Positions 10,023 through 21,701 of a DNA stretch of 64,000 bases are shown piece by piece. The notes under the pieces are model-generated. The model worked only from the letters and a program-made list of their open reading frames with translations, was not told the origin of the DNA and did no database searches. A program made the translations under genes and the position numbers. Positions within the stretch are counted from its first letter, which is position 1; each line of letters begins with the position of its first letter. Origin of the DNA: Pachysolen tannophilus NRRL Y-2460 (taxonomy: Eukaryota); NCBI GenBank assembly GCA_001661245.1, contig KV454011.1:585498-649497 (forward strand), written 5' to 3'.

Positions 10023-10583
10023 ATGGTGATGGTAATTGAGAGCTGTAGTAGCTTTGAGTCGTTTGTATCAGATTTTGTTTGTTCTGAAGATTTTGTGCCT
10101 ACTGTTATTTTGGTTTTTGGTAATGGTGATAGTGATAATGATTTCAATAGGGATGAAGAGGGAAGATTGAAATTGAGCAATGTTAGAGAGATTACGAATT
10201 TTTCCAAGATAACTATAATCACAGTTGATAGTCCAAAGAAATGTGAAAATATATTGGTTTATCTCAATTGTATTTCTTCAGCAAGGAGAATTTTATTTTT
10301 CAATTTTTTATCTAGCTTTATTAATCAGGATGGTGTTATTCCCATTAAATGTTTAAACATACGGTTTCTATCGACGATTTTGAATTTTTTCCAGAAACAG
10401 AATAGAGGTGGGTTTTTAGTGGAAAGTTATAAGCCATCGTTTTATCAAGACCATTATTTGCCTGTGAGACAGTACGTTGATCCCGATTTGTTTGCAAAGG
10501 AAAATGAGAATGAAGCATTACGAGATAAGGAATGGTTTGAAATGTATAAATATTTAATTAAACTGGGGTATGAATTCCGATGA
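10023..10583 (+). CDS. Hypothetical alpha/beta protein, possibly Shu1-like
   Basis: 186-aa ORF divergent from MRP4 with alternating strand/helix pattern; weak motif-order resemblance to Shu1 (see findings). Confidence 0.6.
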   Translation: MVMVIESCSSFESFVSDFVCSEDFVPTVILVFGNGDSDNDFNRDEEGRLKLSNVREITNFSKITIITVDSPKKCENILVYLNCISSARRILFFNFLSSFINQDGVIPIKCLNIRFLSTILNFFQKQNRGGFLVESYKPSFYQDHYLPVRQYVDPDLFAKENENEALRDKEWFEMYKYLIKLGYEFR

Positions 10584-10700
10584 TAATTGAAATTCCTACA
10601 TTCATGGCTATAGTTCAATCTAGATTAAAATTTTAAAAAAATGAAGAAAGAAAGAAAAAAAAAATCCCCCCTTGCAAAGAAGAGAGAAAAAAAAAGCCAG

Positions 10701-11230
10701 TTAGTTCTTCTTATTCTTATTATTTTTCCTAGCATTCTTCTTTCTAGCATTATTGTTCCTTTTTTTATTTGGTACATTATTATTGTTGTTATTGTTATTA
10801 TTGTTATTAGTCTTGTCCGTACTGTCGTTGGTCTTTTCATTTGAGAAATCGACTGAGACTTCACATCCGTCACCTCCATTTTCAACTTCACTTATCTCTG
10901 TTGATTTATTACTTTCATCTAGTTTTATTTGTGCTGATGAGTTTTCAGTATCGTCATCATTTTGAGTCTCATCCTGTGATGCCTCTGCTGTTGATGGTAT
11001 TACTTTTGGTGACTGTCCCTCTTGTTCAGTTGTTGCTGGTTTCAGAGAAATTGGCTTGTCACCTTGGACTTTCTCTTCTGGCTCAGGACTTTGGGAAGTA
11101 GCGGGAACTATCGATTTTCTTTTATTCCCATGACTGAAATTTCTTCTTTGCTGATTGCCACTTGGTGATCTGCTGTCAACACGCGGCGAGGAAAACTTTC
11201 TGCTGTGTTCATTGTACGAAGATTTTCTTC

Positions 11231-11270
<40 letters not shown>

Positions 11271-12338
11271 TGCATTTGATTTTCTTGGAGTTTCGGTTTC
11301 GTTGTTTCTTACTTTTGCAACGTTCAATGTTTGAATATTATTATCAGGATTATCAGTATTTTGTGCTTCTACTGTTTTTGCACTAGCAACATTTACTGTT
11401 TCTGTTGTTGGTGTTGGGTTTTTTTTACTATTAGCATTTGAACCACTCAGTGAATCCAAACGTGATTGTTTTGGTTTCACTTCTGGTTGTTGTGATAAAT
11501 TTGTAGGCAATGTCAATTCATTTGGAGGTGCTGGTGAATATTTCAGTTCTCCATTATTATTATTATTATCAAAATTTGGTAGTCCCCTATTAGCGATTTT
11601 TAATACTTCTTCACATTCATTTAAAATAATAACAGTTTTAGTTCCATGTTCTTTTGTAGCCATTGCTAAAGTCTTTAACAGTTCCACTATAGAACTATTT
11701 TTTTTCTGGTATAAAATTTCTAATTTACTTGATTTATTAACAATTTTATTATAATTGCTTATTATTTCATCATTATTATTTTTAAATTTAGCAAAATTTT
11801 TATTCATTTTTTCTTCTTTATCATATAACAGTTTTTTCAAAAATTCTAATTCATTATCATAATAAAGTTTCAATTCTTTTTGAGATTGTACTAAACAATC
11901 ATAAGATGTTTTTAAACTTTCATTTTCCCTTTGATACTTATTTTCACTTTCTTCTAAATTTTTTAATTTTAAAACCAGACCTTTTTCCTTATATTCTAAA
12001 TCTGAAATTTTTGTCAAACAATTATTCAACTGTTCTTCTAAATCTTTAACTCTACGGTTCTTACTTGCTAGTATCGAATTGATCATTTCATTTTCATGTC
12101 TCGTATTAGTCAAATTTTCAATTGTCTGTCCCGATCTTTTCAATAATGTTTGATATTTTTTTTCATACTCCTTGCTTTCATTTTTCGAAACGTCCAACAA
12201 ATGTTTTAACTCATCTATCTCGGTATGTAATTGATCAATTACTCTTGAAGATGGACCCGTCTGAGGTTTCATATATTTTGAAGGTGATTGAACATTATTA
12301 TTCAAATTAACCATTGGCGAATTCTCCTTATCACTCAT
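10701..12338 (-). CDS. SHE3: She3-like myosin/mRNA transport adaptor
   Basis: SRVIDQLHTEIDEL and ENEMINSILASKNRRVKDLE match the She3 N-terminal coiled coil; Asn/Ser-rich disordered C-terminal half. Confidence 0.75.
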
Positions 12339-12877
12339 ATCAATAGCTCCAAAGAAATAAAATTAAAAATAATAATAATAATAAATAATTAAATTAAAAT
12401 AAAACCAGAAAAAAAAAAAAAATTTTAAAACAAAACAAATAACTCTTTCTCTCTTTTTCTCTTTCTCACACTCTCACACTCTACATATATATATATATAT
12501 ATAGATATAGATATATTATTCAGAAATACATATATTTATTTCATCTATATTATTTATGGACAATTTAACGCTTATCCTATCCTATTTTTACTTAATGTTT
12601 TGCTTTTTTTTTTCTCTTTATTTTTTAAAGATGTTGAATTTGTTTTGTTTACGTTTCCAAAAAAAAAAAAACAAAAAAAAAAAAAATTCTTTGATCAAAA
12701 AAGGATAAATTGGCGATCCAGACACGACAAGTTTATTACACTATAAAGAAACAGAGCCGATAACGACAACGACAACCGACAACCGACAGACGACAGACGA
12801 CAGACAAGAGTCGACCAATGGAAAAATCCCATAATGTGTATAGGTTAACGTATATATAATTATATAAGTACTATTTA

Positions 12878-14536
12878 TCACATACCACCGCCAAATTGTT
12901 TCATCATATTTTGCATCATGCTTGGATTTTTCATCATCTGTTGGACTTGAGGGTTTTGCATCATACTAGCCATTGCATTTGGATCAGACATCATTTTAGA
13001 TATTTCTTCTTCTCCACCTGGCATTGATCCTAACATGCTTTTCAACATTGGATTATTTCTCATGTTTGCCATTGCTCTTTGAATATTTGCTGGATTCATC
13101 ATATTTGCTAATCCTCCAGCACCTCCAGGGCCACCAGTAATTCCTGGAGGTGGTGTACCACCTGCCCTACTCATTCCTGCCATGTTGGAGGCCATACCTT
13201 CCATAGCTCTTTGTTGCATCAATACAGATTCGACTTCACCAACAGATGTTCCTGAACCTCTCGCTACTCTAACAATTCTTGATGGTTCTTGAATGAAAAT
13301 TCTTCCATCACTCAGTAATTCTTTTTTAGTCATAGAATCCATTATATATATCATTCTTTTTATCATTAATGTTGTATCTTCTTCACCAGCTTGATTTAAC
13401 ATCTGCCCCAAGCCACCAGGTAACATAGATGCTATCTTGGATAAAGGTCCCATTTTTAACATATTATTTAATTGAGTTTGAAAATCTAATAATGTAAATT
13501 TACCTTCACTTAAATTTTTCATTGTATCCTTTTGATCTAAATTTAAAGATTTAACATGTTCCATTAAACCTTGAATATCACCTATACCCAACAATTTACT
13601 GATAAAATTTCTAGGTTGAAAAGTTTCTAAATCTTGAATATGCTCACCAGTACCTATAAATATAATTGGAGTCTTTGTAGCTGCAACAGCTGAAATAGCA
13701 CCACCACCTTTTGCATGACCATCCATCTTGGTTAATATTATCGCACCAAAATTGGCAGATTCCTTAAAAGCCTTGGCCTGAGATTCTGCAGCTTGACCAA
13801 TAGCAGCATCTAAAACCATAATTGTCTGTTGAGGATTAACAGCATTAGATATTTGAATCATTTCTTCAAATAATTGTTCCTCTTGTCTATGTCTACCAGA
13901 AGTATCAACAATAATTATTTCAAATTTTTCCTTTTTAAATTTCTCAACACCATCAAAGGAAACTTTTACTGGATCAGTTTCTGTATAAGAACCATAATAT
14001 GGAATTTTAGCCTTGGTTGCATTTTGTTTTAATTGATCAAATGCACCTGCTCTAAATGTATCAGCACAAACAAGACCTACTTTAAAACCTCTTCTTTGAT
14101 AATAAACTGCCAACTTGGTACATGAAGTGGTCTTACCAGAACCTTGTAAACCAACAAACATTATCACATTAGATTGTTTCTTTTTAGGCTTGAAAACAGT
14201 AATTTTTTTTTTATCATTATTATTATTATTATTATCATTATTTTCTTCATAAGTTTCAAAATCAACCAAATTACATAATTCATCAAAGACAATCTTTTGA
14301 ATCAATTTCTTCTTATTTATCGATTTGTTCTTTTCACATTCAACATCAATACTCTTCTTTATCCTTTCCCTTAATTTCATAACCAATTTAATATTAACAT
14401 CACTTTCCAATAATGCATTGGAAATTTCTTTCAACATTAAATTGATAGAATCTGAATCAACATTTGAACCACCAGATTTTATAATATTCTCATTCACCGC
14501 ATCATTAATGCGGCGACCCAAGTCTGCTAATACCAT
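12878..14536 (-). CDS. SRP54: Signal recognition particle 54 kDa subunit
   Basis: Starts [11 protein letters not shown] (ATG 14536); [26 protein letters not shown] GTPase motifs; Met-rich M domain. Confidence 0.98.
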   Translation of the reverse strand: MVLADLGRRINDAVNENIIKSGGSNVDSDSINLMLKEISNALLESDVNIKLVMKLRERIKKSIDVECEKNKSINKKKLIQKIVFDELCNLVDFETYEENNDNNNNNNDKKKITVFKPKKKQSNVIMFVGLQGSGKTTSCTKLAVYYQRRGFKVGLVCADTFRAGAFDQLKQNATKAKIPYYGSYTETDPVKVSFDGVEKFKKEKFEIIIVDTSGRHRQEEQLFEEMIQISNAVNPQQTIMVLDAAIGQAAESQAKAFKESANFGAIILTKMDGHAKGGGAISAVAATKTPIIFIGTGEHIQDLETFQPRNFISKLLGIGDIQGLMEHVKSLNLDQKDTMKNLSEGKFTLLDFQTQLNNMLKMGPLSKIASMLPGGLGQMLNQAGEEDTTLMIKRMIYIMDSMTKKELLSDGRIFIQEPSRIVRVARGSGTSVGEVESVLMQQRAMEGMASNMAGMSRAGGTPPPGITGGPGGAGGLANMMNPANIQRAMANMRNNPMLKSMLGSMPGGEEEISKMMSDPNAMASMMQNPQVQQMMKNPSMMQNMMKQFGGGM

Positions 14537-14866
14537 CACGCACTGAGAAAAGCTAAAGAAAAAAAACAAAAAAAAAAAAAAGAACCTCCTACTACTAATT
14601 ATTTGATATTGATTGATATTAATGAAAATAACAATTCTTCGATAAAAAGTTCAATATGTTGAAAAAAATAAGAAAAAAAAAAATGCAAAAAATTGAAAGA
14701 AAAACAGGTCGTTCCGCTAAAGCTCAAAAGTCCTAAATAGGAAACTGGTTTTATGAGTTGTGATATCAGGTTCTAAGCTGGAGTAAAACTTTTGTAGTTG
14801 AATTTATTTGCAAAAAGAATTGAATAGAATAGAATAGAATTATCTTATTGGAAGTTTAGTTGGGAG

Positions 14867-17020
14867 ATGAATTCGATATATAATAATCTTCAGCCTTCTG
14901 CTCTGAATTCGTTTTTGCCGTCGTCGTTGGTGAATAATGAGGAAGATATAGTAGTGCGGCCGCTGTTGGACTATTTTATAATATTTAAAGATGAAGATGA
15001 AGACGAAAATGAAGAAGATGGTGCTAGTGAAGATAATACGATATTGAGTTATATTAAATTTGGCGATTCAGAGCAACTTGGGAGTGATGGTAGTGCCAGT
15101 GTATTGGATAATGGTGTGCGATCCAAAATTGGGTTGGTTAAAGGGTTGAATGAGTTTAGCGGTAAATTCGATCAAATATCTGGGAAAAGTAATATTAAAT
15201 TTATAGATACTGAAAGGCAGCGGATATTAATTAATTTGGTTTCAGAATCTAGTAGCAATTTTTATTTGTGTTTATGTATTAATGTTGGTAAAATAATTGA
15301 AAAAAAAACTTCTAAAATTATATATTCACTGAAAAATTTATCAAATTCAAATTATTTAATACAAGAAATGATTAAATGTTACAAAATATTTACTTTAAAT
15401 TATGGAAGTTTTGATTATAATTTAAAAAGTTTATCTTTAAAAGAATTTCGGAAATTATTGAATAATTGGTTTAAATATTATTTGGAAAATAATTTCCTGT
15501 CATCTTTTAATTTATCATCAAAAGGTTTTTTAAATTTATTTAATAAAGATTTTTATAAATCAAGTTCATCTTTATTATCATTAGGTTCTGAAAAAACTTT
15601 GAATTTATACCTTTCAAAAATTTTTTGTCAAAATGAATTTTTATTAGAATTTTTCATAACTGAAAATGGATTAAAATCTGAAAATAATGGGTTAATTTAT
15701 AAATACTCAATGATAAATAAAGATGATGATAATATTAAAAAAAATCAAATTTCACAAGATTCAATAATAGATTTACTTAATTATATTGAAGAAATTGAAA
15801 TTAAATATGGGTTAGATAAGATAATTTTGAAAAATTTACCACCTTCAACTCATCAGGAACAGCATCAACAACAAAGATTAGAAGAATTAAGAATGCATGC
15901 AACAAATATTGCAACCACATATATAACTGATCCTTTAACTCAAATAGTTTATGCTCCTATTAATGCTGTGAATAACTTTAGCGAATATTTACCAACTTGG
16001 AAATTATGGGGGGATAGTAGTAATAATGATAACGATAATAATAACGTTCATGATAATAATACCAATCAAATATCCAATGAAGAACATTTTTCAAATAATA
16101 CTGGTATTGACAATGTGGTAGTTAATTCAGAAATTGATAAAGGTCGTTTCATTGTTGGATATAGCAAGACTTTAGAAAACGTAGAAGATGAAACATTGAA
16201 TATAATATCCAAGATAATTTATTTAAATAGTAATGATCAAAAAAATGCAGTGAATGAATGTAAATTAGTTGTTTACAACATAATGAATTTTAATATTTTT
16301 TTAATTTACAAATCAGATTATCCATTGTTGAATGAAGTGAATTTTTATCAAGATTTGAAAAAATTTTTATATGAAGATGTTTATAAATTACATTTGCAAA
16401 AAATTAATAATATTACTACTAATAAAATTTCTCCTAATATTAGCAATAATGAAAATGTGGTAATTAATATTTCCTCATCAGAACCATTTTATTACATATT
16501 AATTGATGAAAATGGGAAAACTTATCAAACTTCTTTACCGTACATTTTAGAGCATAACAAGAATGATGAATTAGATAAATCTAACAAATCACAATTAATG
16601 CATGTTCATAATAATTTAATTTCATTTTATATGAGTTTGAAATCAAATAATGAACAAGTCAATGATGATGAAGTTTTAGTTAAAAGTTTCCGAAACTGGT
16701 GGTTTTTTTATAAAAAATTTGATTCAAATAATGATAAATTTTTTAAAAATAAGAAATTAATTATATTGAAAAAAACTAATCATACTAGTAAAAATGATGA
16801 TATTAAAAGATTATTTACTACACCAAATTCAAGGAAATTATTATTTACTAAAAATGATCATGTTAAACGTCATAATAAAACAACTGATAATAATAATTTT
16901 TACAATGATAATCAAGAAGATTTAAAAAATGAAAATAGTGATTTTTTGAATTTTTTACAAAATTTAGGAGAAGATGTATGGGAATGGTACCTTCAATATA
17001 AGAATGAAGGAATCTTATAG
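14867..17020 (+). CDS. CCZ1: Ccz1, vacuolar fusion/Ypt7 GEF subunit
   Basis: N-terminal longin-like segment (DYFIIF, SKIGLVKGLNEFSGKF, CYKIFTLNYGSF) and C-terminal LGEDVWEW. Confidence 0.7.
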   Translation: MNSIYNNLQPSALNSFLPSSLVNNEEDIVVRPLLDYFIIFKDEDEDENEEDGASEDNTILSYIKFGDSEQLGSDGSASVLDNGVRSKIGLVKGLNEFSGKFDQISGKSNIKFIDTERQRILINLVSESSSNFYLCLCINVGKIIEKKTSKIIYSLKNLSNSNYLIQEMIKCYKIFTLNYGSFDYNLKSLSLKEFRKLLNNWFKYYLENNFLSSFNLSSKGFLNLFNKDFYKSSSSLLSLGSEKTLNLYLSKIFCQNEFLLEFFITENGLKSENNGLIYKYSMINKDDDNIKKNQISQDSIIDLLNYIEEIEIKYGLDKIILKNLPPSTHQEQHQQQRLEELRMHATNIATTYITDPLTQIVYAPINAVNNFSEYLPTWKLWGDSSNNDNDNNNVHDNNTNQISNEEHFSNNTGIDNVVVNSEIDKGRFIVGYSKTLENVEDETLNIISKIIYLNSNDQKNAVNECKLVVYNIMNFNIFLIYKSDYPLLNEVNFYQDLKKFLYEDVYKLHLQKINNITTNKISPNISNNENVVINISSSEPFYYILIDENGKTYQTSLPYILEHNKNDELDKSNKSQLMHVHNNLISFYMSLKSNNEQVNDDEVLVKSFRNWWFFYKKFDSNNDKFFKNKKLIILKKTNHTSKNDDIKRLFTTPNSRKLLFTKNDHVKRHNKTTDNNNFYNDNQEDLKNENSDFLNFLQNLGEDVWEWYLQYKNEGIL

Positions 17021-17981
17021 TATGAAAATTTTAAAATTGTAAAAATTATAAAAATTACATAGATAATAAAAATTTAAAAATGCCTAATTTCATTGCATCA
17101 TTTTATTTTATCTTTCGGGATTTTCCTATCAAACTTATCTTAATGCTAGGATATTTCATTTGTCAGTAGCAAGAATAAAAAAAAAAAGAAAAAGAAAAAA
17201 GTAATGGTTATTGAAAAGAATGAAAACCGGAAATCTTTTTATTTTTTTTTTTTTGCTCTCTAAAACTTTGTTTGATAATTTACCGCATGGGTAATATATT
17301 CCTTTTTCCATTCTTGTTTCCTACCGCTGGTAAAAAAGGCGATTACTCACATGACTTGTAGATAGATAGATAGATCTACAATTGTATATATCTATATATC
17401 CACATAAAGGCAGAATGCCTACATGATCTTTCACCATAGGATTAAAAATTCCGGTCATTTCTTTCAGTATTTTTGTTTTGTTAACCAACTTGATTTTGGT
17501 GGTGGCTGGGGTAAATTACATGGTTATCTTAAATCATCCGGCAGAACTTTCCTTTAGATAGTTGAAAAAGGACAATCATCCACGTTTCAAGCGAGTTAAA
17601 AACCCTTGAAACGTTATAAAAATCTACTACTCCTTACGGAATTACTAACAATTGCAATGATTCCCTGATTCCCGCTAACTAGCTATAATATGGAAACCGA
17701 AATTTTTAACAGTAATATGTTTCGGATTTTGTATGGAGTTTACTGTTTTAAAGTTTTACAAAAAAAAAAATTAAAAACAACATAAAGGGTAAAAAAAACG
17801 ACATAGGAAACCCAAATTTAATAAATAAGATAATTTTACTCAATTGAATTAAAATTACTCCTTTCTACGGTTCCATGGTAATCATCGCCCTTTAATCTTG
17901 AAAAGAATTTTTAAACTTTTATCATTTTATAACAAATTTCCGTTATCTACCTATCTATTACGATTACAAATAAAGGTCTTT

Positions 17982-18032
<51 letters not shown>

Positions 18033-18034
18033 AC

Positions 18035-18462
18035 NNNNNNNNNNNNNNNNNNNNNNNNNNNNNNNNNNNNNNNNNNNNNNNNNNNNNNNNNNNNNNNNNN
18101 NNNNNNNNNNNNNNNNNNNNNNNNNNNNNNNNNNNNNNNNNNNNNNNNNNNNNNNNNNNNNNNNNNNNNNNNNNNNNNNNNNNNNNNNNNNNNNNNNNNN
18201 NNNNNNNNNNNNNNNNNNNNNNNNNNNNNNNNNNNNNNNNNNNNNNNNNNNNNNNNNNNNNNNNNNNNNNNNNNNNNNNNNNNNNNNNNNNNNNNNNNNN
18301 NNNNNNNNNNNNNNNNNNNNNNNNNNNNNNNNNNNNNNNNNNNNNNNNNNNNNNNNNNNNNNNNNNNNNNNNNNNNNNNNNNNNNNNNNNNNNNNNNNNN
18401 NNNNNNNNNNNNNNNNNNNNNNNNNNNNNNNNNNNNNNNNNNNNNNNNNNNNNNNNNNNNNN
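18035..18462. other. Assembly gap (N run)
   Basis: Run of N preceded by adjacent long poly-T and poly-A tracts. Confidence 1.
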
Positions 18463-19231
18463 AAAAAAAACTGAACATCCTTCTTTCTTTTTTACCTTTT
18501 AAGCAAGGGTTCTTTGTTATTTGTTTAAAAAAAAAATTGATTGCTACAAGTATGAAATTGCAGTTTCATAAAAGCGCAAAAATAAAAAAAAAAAAGGATT
18601 TTTAACCATAGAAATGAATTAATTTTTAATTAAATTAAAAATAATGTTATTAGATGATACGCCATTTCGTCATTAGCCAAAATTTGGTAATAAAAAGAAC
18701 GTGAGTGAGAATATAGTAGCAAAATAATACAAATTACAATACACTAGAATTAAGTAAAAGCGCTTAAGCGCCATTCGTTTTTCTTTAAATTTTTCTATCA
18801 AAATTTCAATTTTGCTATTACTTTATTATATTTCAAGGTTTATTAAATTACGTCTATCATTCTTTATTTCTCTCTCTCTCTCTTTCTCTCTTTCTCTCTT
18901 TCTTTCTTTGTTTCTCTTTACAATTTTATCTTCATTTATTCTTATTTATAATAGAAGTGTATAGAAGGTAAAAGATAAAGATAAGAGAAAAGAAATTTTT
19001 CGTAATCTTTGTCACTTATCTTTTTTTTACAAGTCGATCGATATCCTCATGCATTGTGGTTTCACCACAACTAGGCATCGGCACCTTGTCCACTATAAAT
19101 AAACATAGATATCCCAAGTCTTGTTAAATCTTATTGTTGTTTATTATAATCATAATATATATATTATATATATATATAATATATATTTATTTATTTGTTT
19201 TGTTTTTGTTGGGGGAAAAAAAAGAGAGAAA

Positions 19232-20122
19232 ATGATAGCATATGCTCCACCACCAAGAGTGAGGTGTGATTACACACATATGTATAATCATTACAAGACA
19301 AATAACGAAGAATCAATTTTTAATACAGGAAAGAATGTATTATCTAAGAGGGAGAAATTAGAAAGAGAAATATTTGATAAATCTATTGAAGATATTGAAA
19401 GAATTTTTAATTTTAAGATAAATGGGAATTTTATAAATAACTATTTGTTAACTAATAATGAAATTGAAAATGAAAATGAAAATGAAAATCATTACAAGAG
19501 GAAAAGAATTGAAACTGTGGAGGAACGTATAGAACGTAATAATATTCTTCCTGTGGATTTAAAACAGCGGAAATTAGGGAAAATTAATAAAAATTTTAAT
19601 AATGGGTCATATGAAACTTTATCTTCTACAACAAGGCAAAATCAACAAAATCAACAAAAAATTTTCACAAATAATAAAGAAGATGATGGTAATTACTACG
19701 GTGATCTTACAATGACATCAGCTGGAAATTCTAATTCACAATCTTGGAGTGGGAAAGTAGATATTTCAGCAGCAGCAGAAAATTCGGAAATGGTGAATAC
19801 AACAACAATAACAACAACAACGGCAACAACAACAACAAAAACAGCAACAATAACAAAACTGAAAACAAAACCAAAAATAAAAACAAAACCAATTTCATCA
19901 TCATCATCATCTTCCAATAATAGTAAATATCTATACTTACAGGATTTTAATTTTTTCAAAAACGATTTAGAATGCGAAAAGACAGAATTACAAAGCGATA
20001 TAGAAACGGTACATGAGGTATACCATAATTTGATAAATATTCAAAATGAAAAAGATTATCGTAATTACAAAAACAGTTTTCAATTTACGATAAGAGAACC
20101 TATTGATGAAGCATTCATATAA
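19232..20122 (+). CDS. Hypothetical protein (~296 aa)
   Basis: First ATG (AAAATG) at 19232; the ORF-track extension runs through AT microsatellite. Thr/Ser low-complexity centre; no family recognised. Confidence 0.65.
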   Translation: MIAYAPPPRVRCDYTHMYNHYKTNNEESIFNTGKNVLSKREKLEREIFDKSIEDIERIFNFKINGNFINNYLLTNNEIENENENENHYKRKRIETVEERIERNNILPVDLKQRKLGKINKNFNNGSYETLSSTTRQNQQNQQKIFTNNKEDDGNYYGDLTMTSAGNSNSQSWSGKVDISAAAENSEMVNTTTITTTTATTTTKTATITKLKTKPKIKTKPISSSSSSSNNSKYLYLQDFNFFKNDLECEKTELQSDIETVHEVYHNLINIQNEKDYRNYKNSFQFTIREPIDEAFI

Positions 20123-20758
20123 TTTTGATCGCACGCATAATAAGAATTAAGTAAACTTTTTTTTTTTTTTCTTCTTTTTTCCTTTTTTTTTCTTTATCTC
20201 TTTTATCTCTTTTGTCTTTTTTTTTCCTTAGGAATTAAATCTTTGCTTGCATATTATTTCGCAATTATTGTATTTGCTTAATAAATTTTTCTTCAAAAAA
20301 AAAAAAATACATATATAATACATATTTATTTTATCATATCATTATCATTTAAAAATTTCAAACTAAAAGTTTAAAAAATTAAACTAATTAATTTCCTTCT
20401 TATTAATTGCCTTGTATATATTTACTTTAAAACCTTCTTTTTTTTATTTTTTTTATTTTTTTATGTTTTTTTTCCCGTATCGCGTAAATGCATGCGCAAT
20501 ATCCTCGATGCAAGATTAGACGGAAAAGGCGGACACTACCACTATGAAGCGGAAGGCAAAGGAAAAAGGAAAACAAAGCCCGTGGAAAAAGGCCCTTACT
20601 TGGTCTAAAGACCGGCCGCCGGCGAGCCAGGAAAAAAAAACCGAAATGAAAAAAAATAAAAAAATTTTTGTAGCGCCGTTTCGCGAAGAGAGCGGCCTTT
20701 ATTCCTATCTTGATTGGAACGGCTATTTCTTTTATCTCTTTGATATACATATAGATAT

Positions 20759-20789
<31 letters not shown>

Positions 20790-21206
20790 GAAGAACATCA
20801 GCGGCAAACCGAAAAGTCTTTACTCCAAGTCAAACCGTTTTTCAACTCTGTAGTAAAAAATCAATAAATTTTTTTTTTTCCTTTTGTTTTTTAATTCTTT
20901 TAGCCTATCTGAACCACGCAGTTGGTCTTACGAGATGTATATCAAACAGGAACAAGAAAAAGTCACTTGCTCCACCATTAGCCGGTTGTATCTTTTTTCA
21001 TTTTGAAACAAGGATATGTATATGTATGTCCTTTGTTATATTTAGAGGGATGACAATTTCGGTTAAAGGTACGAAGTAGTGGATGGATAAACTGTAATTT
21101 ATAATTAAATTATTTAGTTGAATTTCTTTAGCCGCAGTCTTCCTTCACCTTTGCCGCCTTCACATTCACATTCACATTCACTATTTCACTATTTCACTAC
21201 TTCACC

Positions 21207-21379
21207 GCCCCAGCACTTTATTGCCCCAGCACCTTAAAAGTCTTGAAAACTCTTTTAAGAGCCTCACTCAGCTCTTCTTCACTTTTAGGTGGAGCTGTTT
21301 CCCTTTAAACAATAGTAGTGCACGCAAAAGCGGAAATACTAGGACAAAAACAAAAACAAAAACAAATTCTTTTGCGGGG
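21207..21379. promoter_or_regulatory. Candidate Mig1/CreA-type GC boxes upstream of ADR1
   Basis: GCCCCAGCAC twice (21207-21216, 21223-21232; CTGGGG on minus strand) and AT-flanked GCGGGG at 21374-21379; all fit SYGGRG. Confidence 0.45.
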
Positions 21380-21474
21380 AAACTGTGATCATTATTTTGA
21401 TCAAAGTAGTATTTGAAAGTGGTGTAAATGCATTTTGTATGTCACCAATAGGCGGTTAAGTTAACAAGGACAGC

Positions 21475-21506
<32 letters not shown>

Positions 21507-21547
21507 AATAGTAATAGTAATAATAATAATATTATTATGCCATACAT

Positions 21548-21584
<37 letters not shown>

Positions 21585-21701
21585 TGATATTAACATGTAG
21601 TTTATTGATCAAACTTTATATATATCGTATTACCGAGGATAATGGGTAATTGAAGACAAAAGATAAAATAATTTTAGTTATCTATAATGTCAGTTTAAAC
21701 C

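Noticed and set aside
14537..14569. [11 protein letters not shown] extension of SRP54
   Set aside because: Non-ATG start in a poly-T leader; the conserved start is MVLADLG.
17281..17353. Resemblance to the snR30/U17 3' hairpin (TACCGCA...ATATTCCT...ACA)
   Set aside because: The required m2 motif AAACCAT is absent and m1 is incomplete.
17709..17745. Resemblance to RNase MRP RNA segments (CAGTAATATG, ATGGAGTTTAC)
   Set aside because: No GAAAGTC CR-I element and spacing far too short for MRP.
18011..18478. 155-aa ORF
   Set aside because: Artefact of the N gap.
19054..19070. Hairpin TTGTGGT-TTC-ACCACAA upstream of the 19232 ORF
   Set aside because: Single short stem, no snoRNA boxes or guide identified; could be chance.
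20427..20867. Overlapping 107-aa ORFs on both strands
   Set aside because: Built from homopolymer and TA repeats in a GC-rich regulatory patch; no protein signal.
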